Source of the DNA: Polyangiales bacterium
Lineage (GTDB): Bacteria; Myxococcota_A; Polyangia; Polyangiales; Polyangiaceae
Assembly (NCBI GenBank): GCA_038231275.1
Contig: JBBRLQ010000024.1
Location: 32,001 to 96,000 of the forward strand
DNA length: 64,000 nucleotides
Direction of reading: 5' to 3'
The notes under the pieces were generated by a model. It was not told the DNA's origin and ran no database searches. It saw only the letters and a list, made by a program, of their open reading frames with translations. The position numbers were made by a program, and so were the translations under genes. Below are positions 11,060 through 22,689 of this stretch, in pieces. Each line of letters starts with the position of its first letter. The first letter of the stretch is position 1.

Positions 11060-11062
11060 CGG

Positions 11063-11124
11063 CGTCGTTCGTTTACAGGCACGAACGACGAAGGCCGCCG
11101 GAGCATCACGCTCGCGGCGGCCTT
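11063..11124. terminator. Double hairpin between convergent genes, possible bidirectional terminator
   Basis: CGTCGTTCGT/ACGAACGACG stem, then AAGGCCGCCG..CGGCGGCCTT stem. Confidence 0.55.
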
Positions 11125-11144
11125 TGCCCGTCCAGGTCGCGCGT

Positions 11145-13643
<2,499 letters not shown>

Positions 13644-13793
13644 GATCTGTGGACCTCTCCGAGAAGGACGACTGGTTCGCCCGTGATCTCGAGGGGTTGG
13701 CCGTCTGCCCGGGCCAGAAAACGGGTTTCCGGGCAGGACGCTTCAGCACGCCTCGCTTCGTTGCCCCTTGCGGGCGGCCAACGAAGTGGCGGG

Positions 13794-13822
13794 CTCATAC
13801 CAAGGATTCGGGCCAAAGTAAA
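13794..13822 (-). promoter_or_regulatory. Putative sigma70-type promoter of hppA
   Basis: TTTACT-N17-TATGAG on the minus strand about 150 bp upstream of the ATG. Confidence 0.35.
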
Positions 13823-13899
13823 CCTGACGCGCCGCGCAAACCTCGCCCGCCGAGGGCGCTCCGAAGGCCGGGATCTCCGTGCTACAAAGTCGCCCCCTG

Positions 13900-14748
13900 A
13901 TGGCCACCGACCAGGTCCTTCGCGCGATCACCGACGACGGCGCCTTCCGCGTGATCACCATCCGCGCGACCGAGACCGTCCGCAGCGCGATTGCTGCGCA
14001 GAAGGCCGAGGGCGAGATCGCGCACCTGCTGGCCGATCTGCTCACCGGATCGATCCTCGTTCGCCAGAGCATGGCGCCCGACCTGCGCGTGCAGCTCATT
14101 CTGCAGCCCAACGCGAAGATGCGCCTCGTCGCCGACTCGCACCCGCACGGGATCTCGCGCGGCCTCCTACAGATTGCGCCGGGTGCGGATCTCCAGTTTG
14201 GCGCGACGAGCCTGCTCCAGGTCGCGCGGACGCTCCACAACGGCGCGCTCCAGCAAGGCGTCGTGCAGGTCACCGAGGAGGGCGGCGTGTCGGCGGCGCT
14301 GATGCGCTACATGCAGCTCTCCGAGCAGGTCGTCTCGATGATCGCCGTGGGCTGCCACCGAAGCCCGTCGGGCGAGATCCTCGAGGCGGCGGGCTACCTC
14401 GTGCAGCTCCTCCCCGAGGTCGTCCAGGGGCCGCTGATGGTGATGACCGAGCGGCTGAAAGACTTCGAGGACATCGTGCCGCTCATCGCCGCCGGCAAGG
14501 CCGAGCCCTCCGTCCTCATGCAGGAGCTCCTCTACGGCATGGAGTACACGATCGTCGGGCAGGACGCGGTCTCCTTCGGGTGCACGTGCGACGAGACGCG
14601 CCTGGCCGCGACGCTCGCGACGCTCCCGAAAGAGGACATCGAGTCGATGATCGTCGACGGCCGCGTCATCGATGCGTCGTGCGACTACTGCGGGCGCACT
14701 TACCAGTTCGCGCCGGAGCGCCTACGCGGCCTGCTCGCGCGAAGCTGA
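13900..14748 (+). CDS. hslO: Hsp33 redox-regulated chaperone
   Basis: MATDQVLRAI start, YMQLSEQ, AGYLVQLLP, C-terminal CTC...CDYC zinc site. Confidence 0.9.
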   Translation: MATDQVLRAITDDGAFRVITIRATETVRSAIAAQKAEGEIAHLLADLLTGSILVRQSMAPDLRVQLILQPNAKMRLVADSHPHGISRGLLQIAPGADLQFGATSLLQVARTLHNGALQQGVVQVTEEGGVSAALMRYMQLSEQVVSMIAVGCHRSPSGEILEAAGYLVQLLPEVVQGPLMVMTERLKDFEDIVPLIAAGKAEPSVLMQELLYGMEYTIVGQDAVSFGCTCDETRLAATLATLPKEDIESMIVDGRVIDASCDYCGRTYQFAPERLRGLLARS

Positions 14749-14764
14749 CAGGCATCGCGTCGTC

Positions 14765-16054
14765 TCAAGGATAGGTGCCAATGAGGATCGGCATCGCGTG
14801 CTCGGGGAGGCCTGGGGCTTTCGAGGTCACGGTGACGAGGACCCCGTTGCCGTCTCCGGCGGCCTTTGCGTTCGCGGTGATCGTGATCTGCCCCACGTCG
14901 CCGTTCTTGCCGGTGCCCTGATCGACGGCAATGGTGAGGCGCTGGTTCGTCGCGAGCGAGAACCAGTTTCCTTCGACAGCAGAGATCGTCCACGGCCCGC
15001 TGGTCGGCTTGTCGCTGAAGAACCCGAGCTTGATCGTCTTGCTCGTGCCGAGCGGCACCTGGTAGCCGTACCCCGTCGTCGACGCGACGGCTGCACCGAG
15101 GAAGACGGTCACGTTCTCGAGCCCCAGCGGCGCGACGTTGTAATACGGGTCGGCCGGCGCGGGCACGCATGGGTCGAGCCCAGCCGCCGCGCTCTTGTTC
15201 GACCAGAGGCGCTGGAGGTTGTAGGGCAGATCGGCGCCGCCCTTGAAGTCGACGCCCGGATAAAGCTCGCAGATGTCGCCGATCTCGTTGTCCTGGCTGA
15301 CGGCCTGCCACGCGATGTGCGTCGCGTCGAAGGCGCCGTAGGCCGGATCTGTCGACAGGTACGGGTTCGTCGCCGCCTCGGCAATTTCGTGGCCGGCGGC
15401 GGCTGTCGCGAAATCGAGCTCGGACTGTCCCGCGTCGTGCCCCCCTTCGTCGACGAGGACGTACGCCACGTGCGAGCTGCCCACCGTGAGCTCGGAGTGC
15501 TTCGTGGTGCTCGGGCTCATCTTCGCGGAGCTGGGGATATAGACGACGTAAATGGACGACGCGGCGGGCACCGGCCAGCCGCTGGGTGCGCCGCCATCGG
15601 TCGGCGCCGCCGCAGCGAGCTGCGTGCGAAGGTAGTCGGAGATCGCGAGCGGATCTGGCCCAGGCGGTTTGCCCGTGACGTGCAGGTGAGTCGCCGCGCC
15701 GCTCGTTCCCGTCCCTATGCCGTACTCGGCGGTCGTCGCCTTCCAGTACGCCGACGTCGTGAGCTTGTCGCCAAAGTCCTCGAGGCCCGCGCGGTTCGTA
15801 TCGCCGTCCCACGTCACCGTGATGATCTTCGGCGCTGCGATGCGGGTGCCGCCGGCGGTCGTGATTTGGCCCATGTCGGGCTTGAACGCCGGCGTGAACG
15901 CGCCGCCTTCGCCCGACCCGCCGTCGGCTGGGGTGAGCGCGTCGCCACCGCCGTCGTGCGCGGGCGTGTCGGCGCTGCCCTTCGAGCTGCACGCCGCCGC
16001 GAGCGCGAGGAGGACGGGGAATGAAAGAGTGTGCAGCCGGCGTCGAGTGTCCAT
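14765..16054 (-). CDS. Lipoprotein with HExxE motif, possible metal-binding hydrolase
   Basis: AAAC lipobox; GHEIAEAATNP, EIGDIC, LQRLWSN...DPCVP. Confidence 0.7.
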   Translation of the reverse strand: MDTRRRLHTLSFPVLLALAAACSSKGSADTPAHDGGGDALTPADGGSGEGGAFTPAFKPDMGQITTAGGTRIAAPKIITVTWDGDTNRAGLEDFGDKLTTSAYWKATTAEYGIGTGTSGAATHLHVTGKPPGPDPLAISDYLRTQLAAAAPTDGGAPSGWPVPAASSIYVVYIPSSAKMSPSTTKHSELTVGSSHVAYVLVDEGGHDAGQSELDFATAAAGHEIAEAATNPYLSTDPAYGAFDATHIAWQAVSQDNEIGDICELYPGVDFKGGADLPYNLQRLWSNKSAAAGLDPCVPAPADPYYNVAPLGLENVTVFLGAAVASTTGYGYQVPLGTSKTIKLGFFSDKPTSGPWTISAVEGNWFSLATNQRLTIAVDQGTGKNGDVGQITITANAKAAGDGNGVLVTVTSKAPGLPEHAMPILIGTYP

Positions 16055-16058
16055 CGGA

Positions 16059-17063
16059 TCAGGGGAGATGGATCGGCGTCGTAGTGCCGCCGGTCGCGTG
16101 GCAGGAGTTGCACCCGCCGTTGGTGACCGCGCTGACCATGTTGATCTTCGTCGTCGCGTTGCGGACACCGGCGTGGAGGCCCGACGTGAATTGCCCCGGA
16201 CGGAACCAGAAGAGGCCGAGCTTGTCGGTGTAGACGGTGGTGCCGGCGGTGCCGTCCGTCTTCGCGACGCGGACCTGCGCGCCCGCGACGCCGTTGCCTG
16301 CGCCGTCGGTGAGACGTCCGGCCGCCGACCACGTCGGAGCGTCACCGCCGCCGTGGCAGCCGAGGCAGTTGCGCGTGATGCGCGAGTCGCCCGCGGTGTG
16401 CTCGCCCTGGCTCGCCGAGCCCGGTGTGAACGGTGGCTGGCCGCCGAAGACGTCCGGCGGCGGGGGAGGCGGCGGCGGCGTACCACCGTCGCTCGCGCTG
16501 CACCCGAGCGTGTAGTTGCTCGCGATCCACGCATCGAATGCGGCGGCCGCCGAAGCGTTCGCCGAGCCGGTGCTGCCCGGCGGCATGATCGAGCTGCCCA
16601 CGCCCTTCAGCTTCGAGGAGGAGAGCTGCGCTTCGTTCTTCGACGCGTCTTCTTTCGCGGTGGCAGTCAGATCGGCGAGGTTCATCAGCGGGCTCAGCGA
16701 GCCGTTGACCGGCGGGGTCGAGTGACACCCGACGCATTGCTGGTTCAAGATCGTCTGGATGTTCGTCGGCACGCAGGCGGAGGCCGGGGGAGGAGGAGGC
16801 GGAGGAGTAGGCGGTCCGGAGTCCTTGGGCGGAAGAGGAGGAGGAGGCGCGGCGTCCGGCAGACCGCCAGAGGTGCCGCCAGAGGTCGCGCCGGAGGAGG
16901 TGCCGGGATCGGCGGTGCCCGACGCGCCTGACGTACCGGACGACGCGGCACCCGGGCCCCAATCTCCGCCGCTGGCGCCGAGTTGGCTCGTGTTTGCGTC
17001 GCCGCAGGCGACCGCGGTCGCGCTGGCGATGATCAGGGCACCGAGCAAGTAGACGTGGCGCAT
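16059..17063 (-). CDS. Tri-heme c-type cytochrome lipoprotein
   Basis: Lipobox AVAC; three CxxCH motifs (CVGCH, CLGCH, CNSCH); GGAGGA RBS. Confidence 0.8.
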   Translation of the reverse strand: MRHVYLLGALIIASATAVACGDANTSQLGASGGDWGPGAASSGTSGASGTADPGTSSGATSGGTSGGLPDAAPPPPLPPKDSGPPTPPPPPPPASACVPTNIQTILNQQCVGCHSTPPVNGSLSPLMNLADLTATAKEDASKNEAQLSSSKLKGVGSSIMPPGSTGSANASAAAAFDAWIASNYTLGCSASDGGTPPPPPPPPDVFGGQPPFTPGSASQGEHTAGDSRITRNCLGCHGGGDAPTWSAAGRLTDGAGNGVAGAQVRVAKTDGTAGTTVYTDKLGLFWFRPGQFTSGLHAGVRNATTKINMVSAVTNGGCNSCHATGGTTTPIHLP

Positions 17064-17296
17064 GCCGTCCTCCCAGGGTCCAGGCAGCGACTCGCCGCGC
17101 GCGGGACCGGTCGTGAAGTGCGTCAGGCCATGCCGAAGGTTGCAGGAAAAAGCATTGTCCTTTCGAAGAGATTGCTCGGTGGTCGGTGGATCGTTCACGA
17201 TCCGATTCAAGTCGTCGAGGCTGCACCGGAAAGAAGGGAGCGGTCCGCAGCGAGCGAATTTGGAGGACTGGATCGCGATGGGTCCAGAATCACGGT

Positions 17297-17365
17297 GAAC
17301 GAACGTTCGATGAACGTCGACCTGCACTCCAGCACATGCGAGCGAACATCAGCGAACGTTCGTTC
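17297..17365. promoter_or_regulatory. Inverted repeat, each arm containing GAAC-N4-GTTC; probable transcription factor sites
   Basis: GAACGAACGTTCG (17297-17309) is the exact reverse complement of CGAACGTTCGTTC (17353-17365). Confidence 0.55.
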
Positions 17366-17487
17366 TATCTTCGCGGCGCTGGAATTTCGTGTGGAGCCGC
17401 GATGGGCCGCGACGGCTCGCGAGCGGCGCCCGGTGGATCACGCTCCCCATCCGCCTCGTAACTCCTCTCGAATTCACCGCCCCGCGC

Positions 17488-17503
17488 TGGCCTGTCGCCT
17501 GCA
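17488..17503 (+). promoter_or_regulatory. Putative sigma54 -24/-12 promoter
   Basis: TGGCCTGTCGCCTGCA (GG-N10-GC) 14 bp before the ATG. Confidence 0.4.
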
Positions 17504-17517
17504 TAGGTAAAGGTACG

Positions 17518-18855
17518 ATGAAGACCTACTCTGCCCTCCTCGGCCTCGCGATCGCCCCGCTCGCCTCCCTCGCCGCGTGCAGCGCCGCGCCGCCGGAGAC
17601 CGGCACCACCGCCGAGGCCATCGCCGCGAGCTGCGGGCACGCCGCCGGCTCGCACGCGCGCAACACGCTCGACGATGTCCCCGCGAACATCCCGATCAAG
17701 CACGTCATCATCGTGATGCAGGAGAACCGCTCCTTCGATCACATGCTCGGCGCGCTGCGGCTGTCCGGCCACGACGTCGACGGCATCCCCGCGAGCTTCG
17801 TGAACCACGACGCGAAGGGACAGGCGGTCCACTTCACCCACCGCACCGACACCTGCTTCGACGCCGACTCGCCGCACAACGAAGAGGCGATGGAGTCGTC
17901 GATCGACGGCGATCACATGGACAGCTTCGTGAAGAGCGCCACTACCAAGTCCAGCGATGGGCACTACGTGATGAGCTACTACACGGAGAAGGAGCTTCCC
18001 TTCTATTACTGGGTCGCGAAGAGCTACGCGACGAGCGACCGGTACTTCTCCGCGATGATCGGCCCGACCGATCCGAACCGCGATTTCCTCTACGCCGCGA
18101 CCTCCAACGGGATCACGGTGACGAGCAGCGGACCGCAGAAGGGGTTCAAGGGCGTCCGCACGATCTACGACGAGCTCGATCACGCTAAAATCTCGTGGGG
18201 CGTCTACTCGAGCGGCGCGCCGCGGCAGGGGGCGATCGGCTGGGACCGCGGGCACGAGGGCTTCCACGACGAGGGGGACTTCTTCGACGCGCTGAAGAAC
18301 GACAAGCTGCCGGCCGTCGTCTTCGTCGATCCGGGACTCCACGAGGACGAGCACCCGCCGCACGACGTGCAGCTCGGCGAGAAGTTCTCGAAGAAGATCT
18401 ACGACGCCGTCACCAAGAGCCGCGCTTGGAACGAGACCGCGCTCTTCTTCACGTACGACGAGGCAGGCGGGATCGCCGACCACGTTCCCCCTCCGGCCGC
18501 GTGCCCGCCCAGCGCGAAGTTCCCGACGTTCGATCGGCTCGGCGTGCGCGTGCCCGTGATGCTCGTCTCGCCGTTCGCGAAGCGCGGCTACGTCTCGCAC
18601 CACGTCCACTCGCACACGTCGATCCTCCGCTTCGTCGAGCTGGTCTTCGAGCTTCCGGCGCTCACCGCCCGCGACGCCAACGCCGACGCGATGCTCGACA
18701 TGTTCGACTTCGGCGCCGCGCGGCCCGCCCCCGCGAACGCGCCCGCCGCCGGACACGGCGCGTGCAAGGGAGATCCGTCGGAGAGCTGGCTCACCGACGT
18801 CGGACAGGAGCTAGGCAACGATCTCGACAAGCTTCGCCACGGCTGGTGGCCCTGA
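17518..18855 (+). CDS. Phosphoesterase / phospholipase C family lipoprotein
   Basis: PIKHVIIVMQENRSFDH, GPTDPNR, TYDEAGG..DHVPPP, GVRVP...SPFAK, HTSILRF. Confidence 0.9.
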   Translation: MKTYSALLGLAIAPLASLAACSAAPPETGTTAEAIAASCGHAAGSHARNTLDDVPANIPIKHVIIVMQENRSFDHMLGALRLSGHDVDGIPASFVNHDAKGQAVHFTHRTDTCFDADSPHNEEAMESSIDGDHMDSFVKSATTKSSDGHYVMSYYTEKELPFYYWVAKSYATSDRYFSAMIGPTDPNRDFLYAATSNGITVTSSGPQKGFKGVRTIYDELDHAKISWGVYSSGAPRQGAIGWDRGHEGFHDEGDFFDALKNDKLPAVVFVDPGLHEDEHPPHDVQLGEKFSKKIYDAVTKSRAWNETALFFTYDEAGGIADHVPPPAACPPSAKFPTFDRLGVRVPVMLVSPFAKRGYVSHHVHSHTSILRFVELVFELPALTARDANADAMLDMFDFGAARPAPANAPAAGHGACKGDPSESWLTDVGQELGNDLDKLRHGWWP

Positions 18856-18882
18856 GGCGCGCGCGCGTGCCACACTTGCGGG

Positions 18883-19347
18883 ATGCGGTCCCCTGCACGA
18901 TCGGTCTTTGTCGCCGCGAGCACGTTGGTCTTCGCGGCGTGCTCGTCGAGCTCGTCGACCGCGCCCGTCTCCGGTGACGCGGGGAGCAGCGACGCCGCGA
19001 GCACGAACGACGGCAGCAGCGGCGACGCCGCGAGCACGAGCGACGGCGCGACCGACGCGCCCATCGATCACACCGACACCGGCTGCGGGCTCGTGCTGTA
19101 CACCGCCGAAGCTGCGCCGGCGTGTCAGTTGATCCTCGATCAATACTGCTGCTCGCAGGAGCGGACGTGCGGGAGCGACGTGAGCTGCAGGACCTACGTC
19201 GCGTGCGTCGACGCGTGCCCGTCGCCCCGGCAAACCGCCTGCATCACGGCGTGCGGCGCGGTTCCGGGAAAGCTCGACGCGCTCTCGACGTGCACCAAGA
19301 CACCGCCCTACACGACGCCGCCCGGGATCACCTGCGCGTGGCCGTGA
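18883..19347 (+). CDS. Small Cys-rich lipoprotein
   Basis: FAAC lipobox, DAG/DAA linker, multiple Cys. Confidence 0.65.
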   Translation: MRSPARSVFVAASTLVFAACSSSSSTAPVSGDAGSSDAASTNDGSSGDAASTSDGATDAPIDHTDTGCGLVLYTAEAAPACQLILDQYCCSQERTCGSDVSCRTYVACVDACPSPRQTACITACGAVPGKLDALSTCTKTPPYTTPPGITCAWP

Positions 19348-19363
19348 CGACCGCACGCGAAAT

Positions 19364-19915
19364 CTAGGGACCGCACGGCGATCCGGCGCCGCCGTCACCG
19401 CATACGCACGGCACTTCGCTCGGCTGAAGGCACTTGTCCGCCGCGAGCAAGCAGCGCGCGCCTGCGCACTTGCCCCCCGAGCAGCCCGCGATGTCGAACG
19501 CGCCGACGCATACGCCATCGGGCTGGGGCGCGGCGTCGGAGCCGCCGTCGGCCGAGCCCGCGTCGATCGGCATCACCGACTTCTCGCACTTCACGAACGC
19601 GAAGAACGGGCATTGGTCGTTGTCGGTGAAGCAGGGCCCACCCACCGCGCCGCACGTAGGCGGCGGCGGCGGACCGCTGTCGCCGGGCGGCGGCGGCGGC
19701 GGCGGGTCGGGGGGCGGCGGCGGCGGCGAAGGGGGAATCGCGTTGTCGTAGTACGTGAACGAATCGGGGATCGTCGAGCCGCCCGCGTCGTCGCTGGCGG
19801 TCTCGGCGGCGTCCTTCGCGCACGCGGCCAGCGCGCTCGCCGTGAGGAGCAACGACGCCGTGAACCCCACGGTGAGGACGGAGAACGGAGAGACGGCAGC
19901 GGTGATGCGGCGCAT
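19364..19915 (-). CDS. Small Cys-rich lipoprotein with poly-Pro linker, last gene of motor operon 1
   Basis: LAAC lipobox; start 10 bp downstream of the exbD-like stop. Confidence 0.6.
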   Translation of the reverse strand: MRRITAAVSPFSVLTVGFTASLLLTASALAACAKDAAETASDDAGGSTIPDSFTYYDNAIPPSPPPPPPDPPPPPPPGDSGPPPPPTCGAVGGPCFTDNDQCPFFAFVKCEKSVMPIDAGSADGGSDAAPQPDGVCVGAFDIAGCSGGKCAGARCLLAADKCLQPSEVPCVCGDGGAGSPCGP

Positions 19916-19925
19916 GCCGTTCCTC

Positions 19926-20549
19926 TTACTTCTTCGCTCCCTGAAGCACCATGAGGTGGAACTTCGAGAACTCGGTCTGCCCCAAGGTGAAGAGCACCTC
20001 GACGAGCAGACGATAGGGGGTGTTCGAATCGGCGATGACGATCGCCTCGGAGCGGAGATCCTTGGCGCCGGTGGCGGCGCGGACTTGCTTGTCGCGCTCG
20101 CGCCAGCTCTGGAGCGAGTTGGCGAGCGGGACGATGTAGAGATCGTTGGGGCCGCTACGCTTGTACTTTCCTTCGATGCCGTGCGTTGGATCGCTCGGGA
20201 CCGGGCAGACAACGTTGTCGTCGACGACGATGTGGCTCTTCGAGATGAGCACCGCGACGCCCTCCTGCGAGGCCTCCGACGTCATGATGCTCTTCGGCAT
20301 CTGCAGATCGTTCGACTGCGGCATCGACGCGCTCGACGCGCTCATCGTCTTCAGGAGGAAGACGAGGATGATGGTCATCATGTCCATCATCGCCGTGATG
20401 TTGAGGAAGTTGATCTCGGGCTCGAGTCGCTTCCGGTTGTACTCCTTGCGGAGAACGCGCTTGTACGTCGCCATCGACGCGGGCTTCGCGCGCGGGATCG
20501 GTTGCTGCGGGGGTCCGCCAGGTGCGCCGGGGCCGGGGGGCTGCTGCAT
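19926..20549 (-). CDS. ExbD/TolR-family protein (AglS/AglQ-like)
   Basis: LNITAMMDMMTIILVFLL TM with conserved Asp; IADSNTPYRLLVEVL. Confidence 0.88.
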   Translation of the reverse strand: MQQPPGPGAPGGPPQQPIPRAKPASMATYKRVLRKEYNRKRLEPEINFLNITAMMDMMTIILVFLLKTMSASSASMPQSNDLQMPKSIMTSEASQEGVAVLISKSHIVVDDNVVCPVPSDPTHGIEGKYKRSGPNDLYIVPLANSLQSWRERDKQVRAATGAKDLRSEAIVIADSNTPYRLLVEVLFTLGQTEFSKFHLMVLQGAKK

Positions 20550-20561
20550 CGCGTGCCTCGC

Positions 20562-21161
20562 CTATCTCGCCAAGCCGAAGTTGACGTCCGGGAACAAGCA
20601 GCCGACGCCCGCCCACACGCCATCCTTGTCGGTGGCGCACTCGCCGGACTCGTCCTTGCGGACGGCGTCCATCGTCGAGACGATCGCCTGGAAGGGGATG
20701 TTGGGGTTGGCGCTGACCGTTACGCTCGTCTCGCCCGCGAAATCGGGCGAGAGGCCCTTTAGTCGCTTCGCGCAGGCGCCGAGCAGCGCGTAGTCGTAGT
20801 CGCCGTTCTTCTTCGGGATCGCGAGGCCGGCGCCCGCTTCCTGGCATCCTGGCGCGACGTTGCCCCCGCGCGCCTTCACGCTGAAACCGTCTTGCACGAC
20901 GATCACGGTGAGGCCGAGCGACGGCTGATCCGGCTTGGCCGAGGACCGACCGCCCGCACGCGGCGGCGCCGTGTCGATCGTCGCCGTGAAGGTGACGCTC
21001 ACCGTCGCGAGCACGAACATCATGACGTTGGTGATGATGTCGAGGAACGGGACGATGTTGAGCTCGCCCCCCTCCTCGTCCGGCGCGATTTCCTTGGGGT
21101 CGGTGAGGCGGCGGATCTTGCTCCGCTGCTGCGCCGACAGTCTCTCGGGCTCTTTGGCCAT
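20562..21161 (-). CDS. ExbD/TolR-family protein (AglQ/AglS-like)
   Basis: GELNIVPFLDIITN; IPFQAIVSTMDAVR; LFPDVNF. Confidence 0.88.
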   Translation of the reverse strand: MAKEPERLSAQQRSKIRRLTDPKEIAPDEEGGELNIVPFLDIITNVMMFVLATVSVTFTATIDTAPPRAGGRSSAKPDQPSLGLTVIVVQDGFSVKARGGNVAPGCQEAGAGLAIPKKNGDYDYALLGACAKRLKGLSPDFAGETSVTVSANPNIPFQAIVSTMDAVRKDESGECATDKDGVWAGVGCLFPDVNFGLAR

Positions 21162-21185
21162 GACGCTCCCTAGTCGTTGCCGGCC

Positions 21186-21878
21186 TTAGTAGTTACCAGG
21201 TCGCGTCTGGATCGAGAGCAGGTTGAAGACGCGCTCTTGGGTCGCGTCGAGATCGTGCTGAATGTTCTTCGAGCGCTGGTGCAAGATGAGGTGCGCGATC
21301 ATGCAGGTCACGGCGATGCCGAGACCGAAGGCCGTGTTGTACATGGCCTCGGCGATGCCGTTCGCGAGGATGCTCTGGCGCTGCGCGGCCGAGAGGCCCG
21401 GCGCGCCGACGGCGGTGAAGGTATGGATGAGGCCGAAGACCGTGCCGAGGAGGCCGATGAGCGTCGCGATGTTCGCGAGCGACCAGAGCGAGCCGACGCG
21501 CTTCTCGACGGCCGGCTTGAGCTCGCCCATCTTCTCGCTCATCGCGGCGTCGATCTCGTCGGGACCTTTGTTGGCGTGCGTGAGGCCCGCCTTCACGAGT
21601 TGCAGTATGGGGTAGTCACCTGCGTCGCAGAGCTTGATCGCGCGGTCGATGTTGCCGGCCGTGACGAGCTTCTTGATCTGCGCGAAGAACTCTTTCGAGT
21701 TCACGCGGTATTTGCCGAGCTGAAACGCAGCGCGCTCGATCACGAGCGCGACGACGACGGCGCTCACGACGAGGTTGATGGAGAGGAAGAGCGGGTTGTC
21801 CTTGAAGACGGCCATGAGGCCACCACCGCCACCACCCTCTGCCGACGCAGCCGCATTGCTCAGAAGCGATACGAACAT
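21186..21878 (-). CDS. MotA/TolQ/ExbB proton-channel protein (AglR-like)
   Basis: ANIATLIGLLGTVFGLI, GIAEAMYNTAFGL. Confidence 0.92.
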   Translation of the reverse strand: MFVSLLSNAAASAEGGGGGGLMAVFKDNPLFLSINLVVSAVVVALVIERAAFQLGKYRVNSKEFFAQIKKLVTAGNIDRAIKLCDAGDYPILQLVKAGLTHANKGPDEIDAAMSEKMGELKPAVEKRVGSLWSLANIATLIGLLGTVFGLIHTFTAVGAPGLSAAQRQSILANGIAEAMYNTAFGLGIAVTCMIAHLILHQRSKNIQHDLDATQERVFNLLSIQTRPGNY

Positions 21879-22042
21879 CCGCGAAGCTCCTTCCTATTCC
21901 CTCGGCACCAACAGCAAAAAAATCTTCTAGGCCGCGCAACGCTCCTCGTTCACGAGGAGCAGCGAGGACGGTCATGACGAACCACGAAACCCCTCGCCCT
22001 TTTCGCGCGCTCGCGCCCAGCGGAAGGGACGATAACGCGTGT

Positions 22043-22104
22043 GGATCTGTGAAGTCAACGACGCGACGGCCCCGAGGGTGCCGCTCCCTTGACTTCACAG
22101 ATCC
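22043..22104. promoter_or_regulatory. Perfect 16-bp inverted repeat with outward-facing TTGACT hexamers
   Basis: GGATCTGTGAAGTCAA ...30 nt... TTGACTTCACAGATCC; minus strand reads TTGACT-N18-TATCGT. Confidence 0.65.
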
Positions 22105-22689
22105 CGAGGCGTCCTCACCCGAGGGACCCCTCTCGTCTCCCCCTCTCGTCTCGCTCTTCTCCTCCTCTCCACCTTCGCTCCCACCTCCTCCTTCCATCCC
22201 AGACCTCCTCCATCCGAAACCTCTCTGGAAACCCAGTCCCCCTCGAAACCTCGCCCCGCGAACTCCACCCTCACGGCAAACTTCCACAAACCCCGCTATT
22301 TCAGGGGTTTCCTCTCCCACATCACTCGCTTCACCATCCGTTTTCGACCCAATCGAGTTGACGGATCGCTGTCCAAACCGTCATCCTCTTGACCATCGGC
22401 GCCCGCATCCTCGAGAGGCGCCCGGACCGCATCCTGATACGGCGCCGGAGCAAAACCCGGCCGGGTGTGTCCACTTTTTCGTCGCCGGTTCGGCGATCAC
22501 TGCGAGCTTGCTTCTTCACGAATCGTTCCGCTAACGTGGCGCCCACGTAAGTGCGCGCTCGTCTTCGGACGTGTTCGCGTTACCCCGTTCGGGCGCGCGC
22601 ATGAGCTGGCCCGAGCGTCAGGTGTTGCGGCAAAAAAGACTTCGTTGGTTCTGGGCTAGAGCAAGACCTCATTCGAGGAGGACGATCAC

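Noticed and set aside
21974..22534. 186-aa Pro/Ser-rich ORF in the motor spacer, or a CRISPR leader there
   Set aside because: Composition merely reflects the pyrimidine tract. There is no recognisable domain and no repeat array follows.
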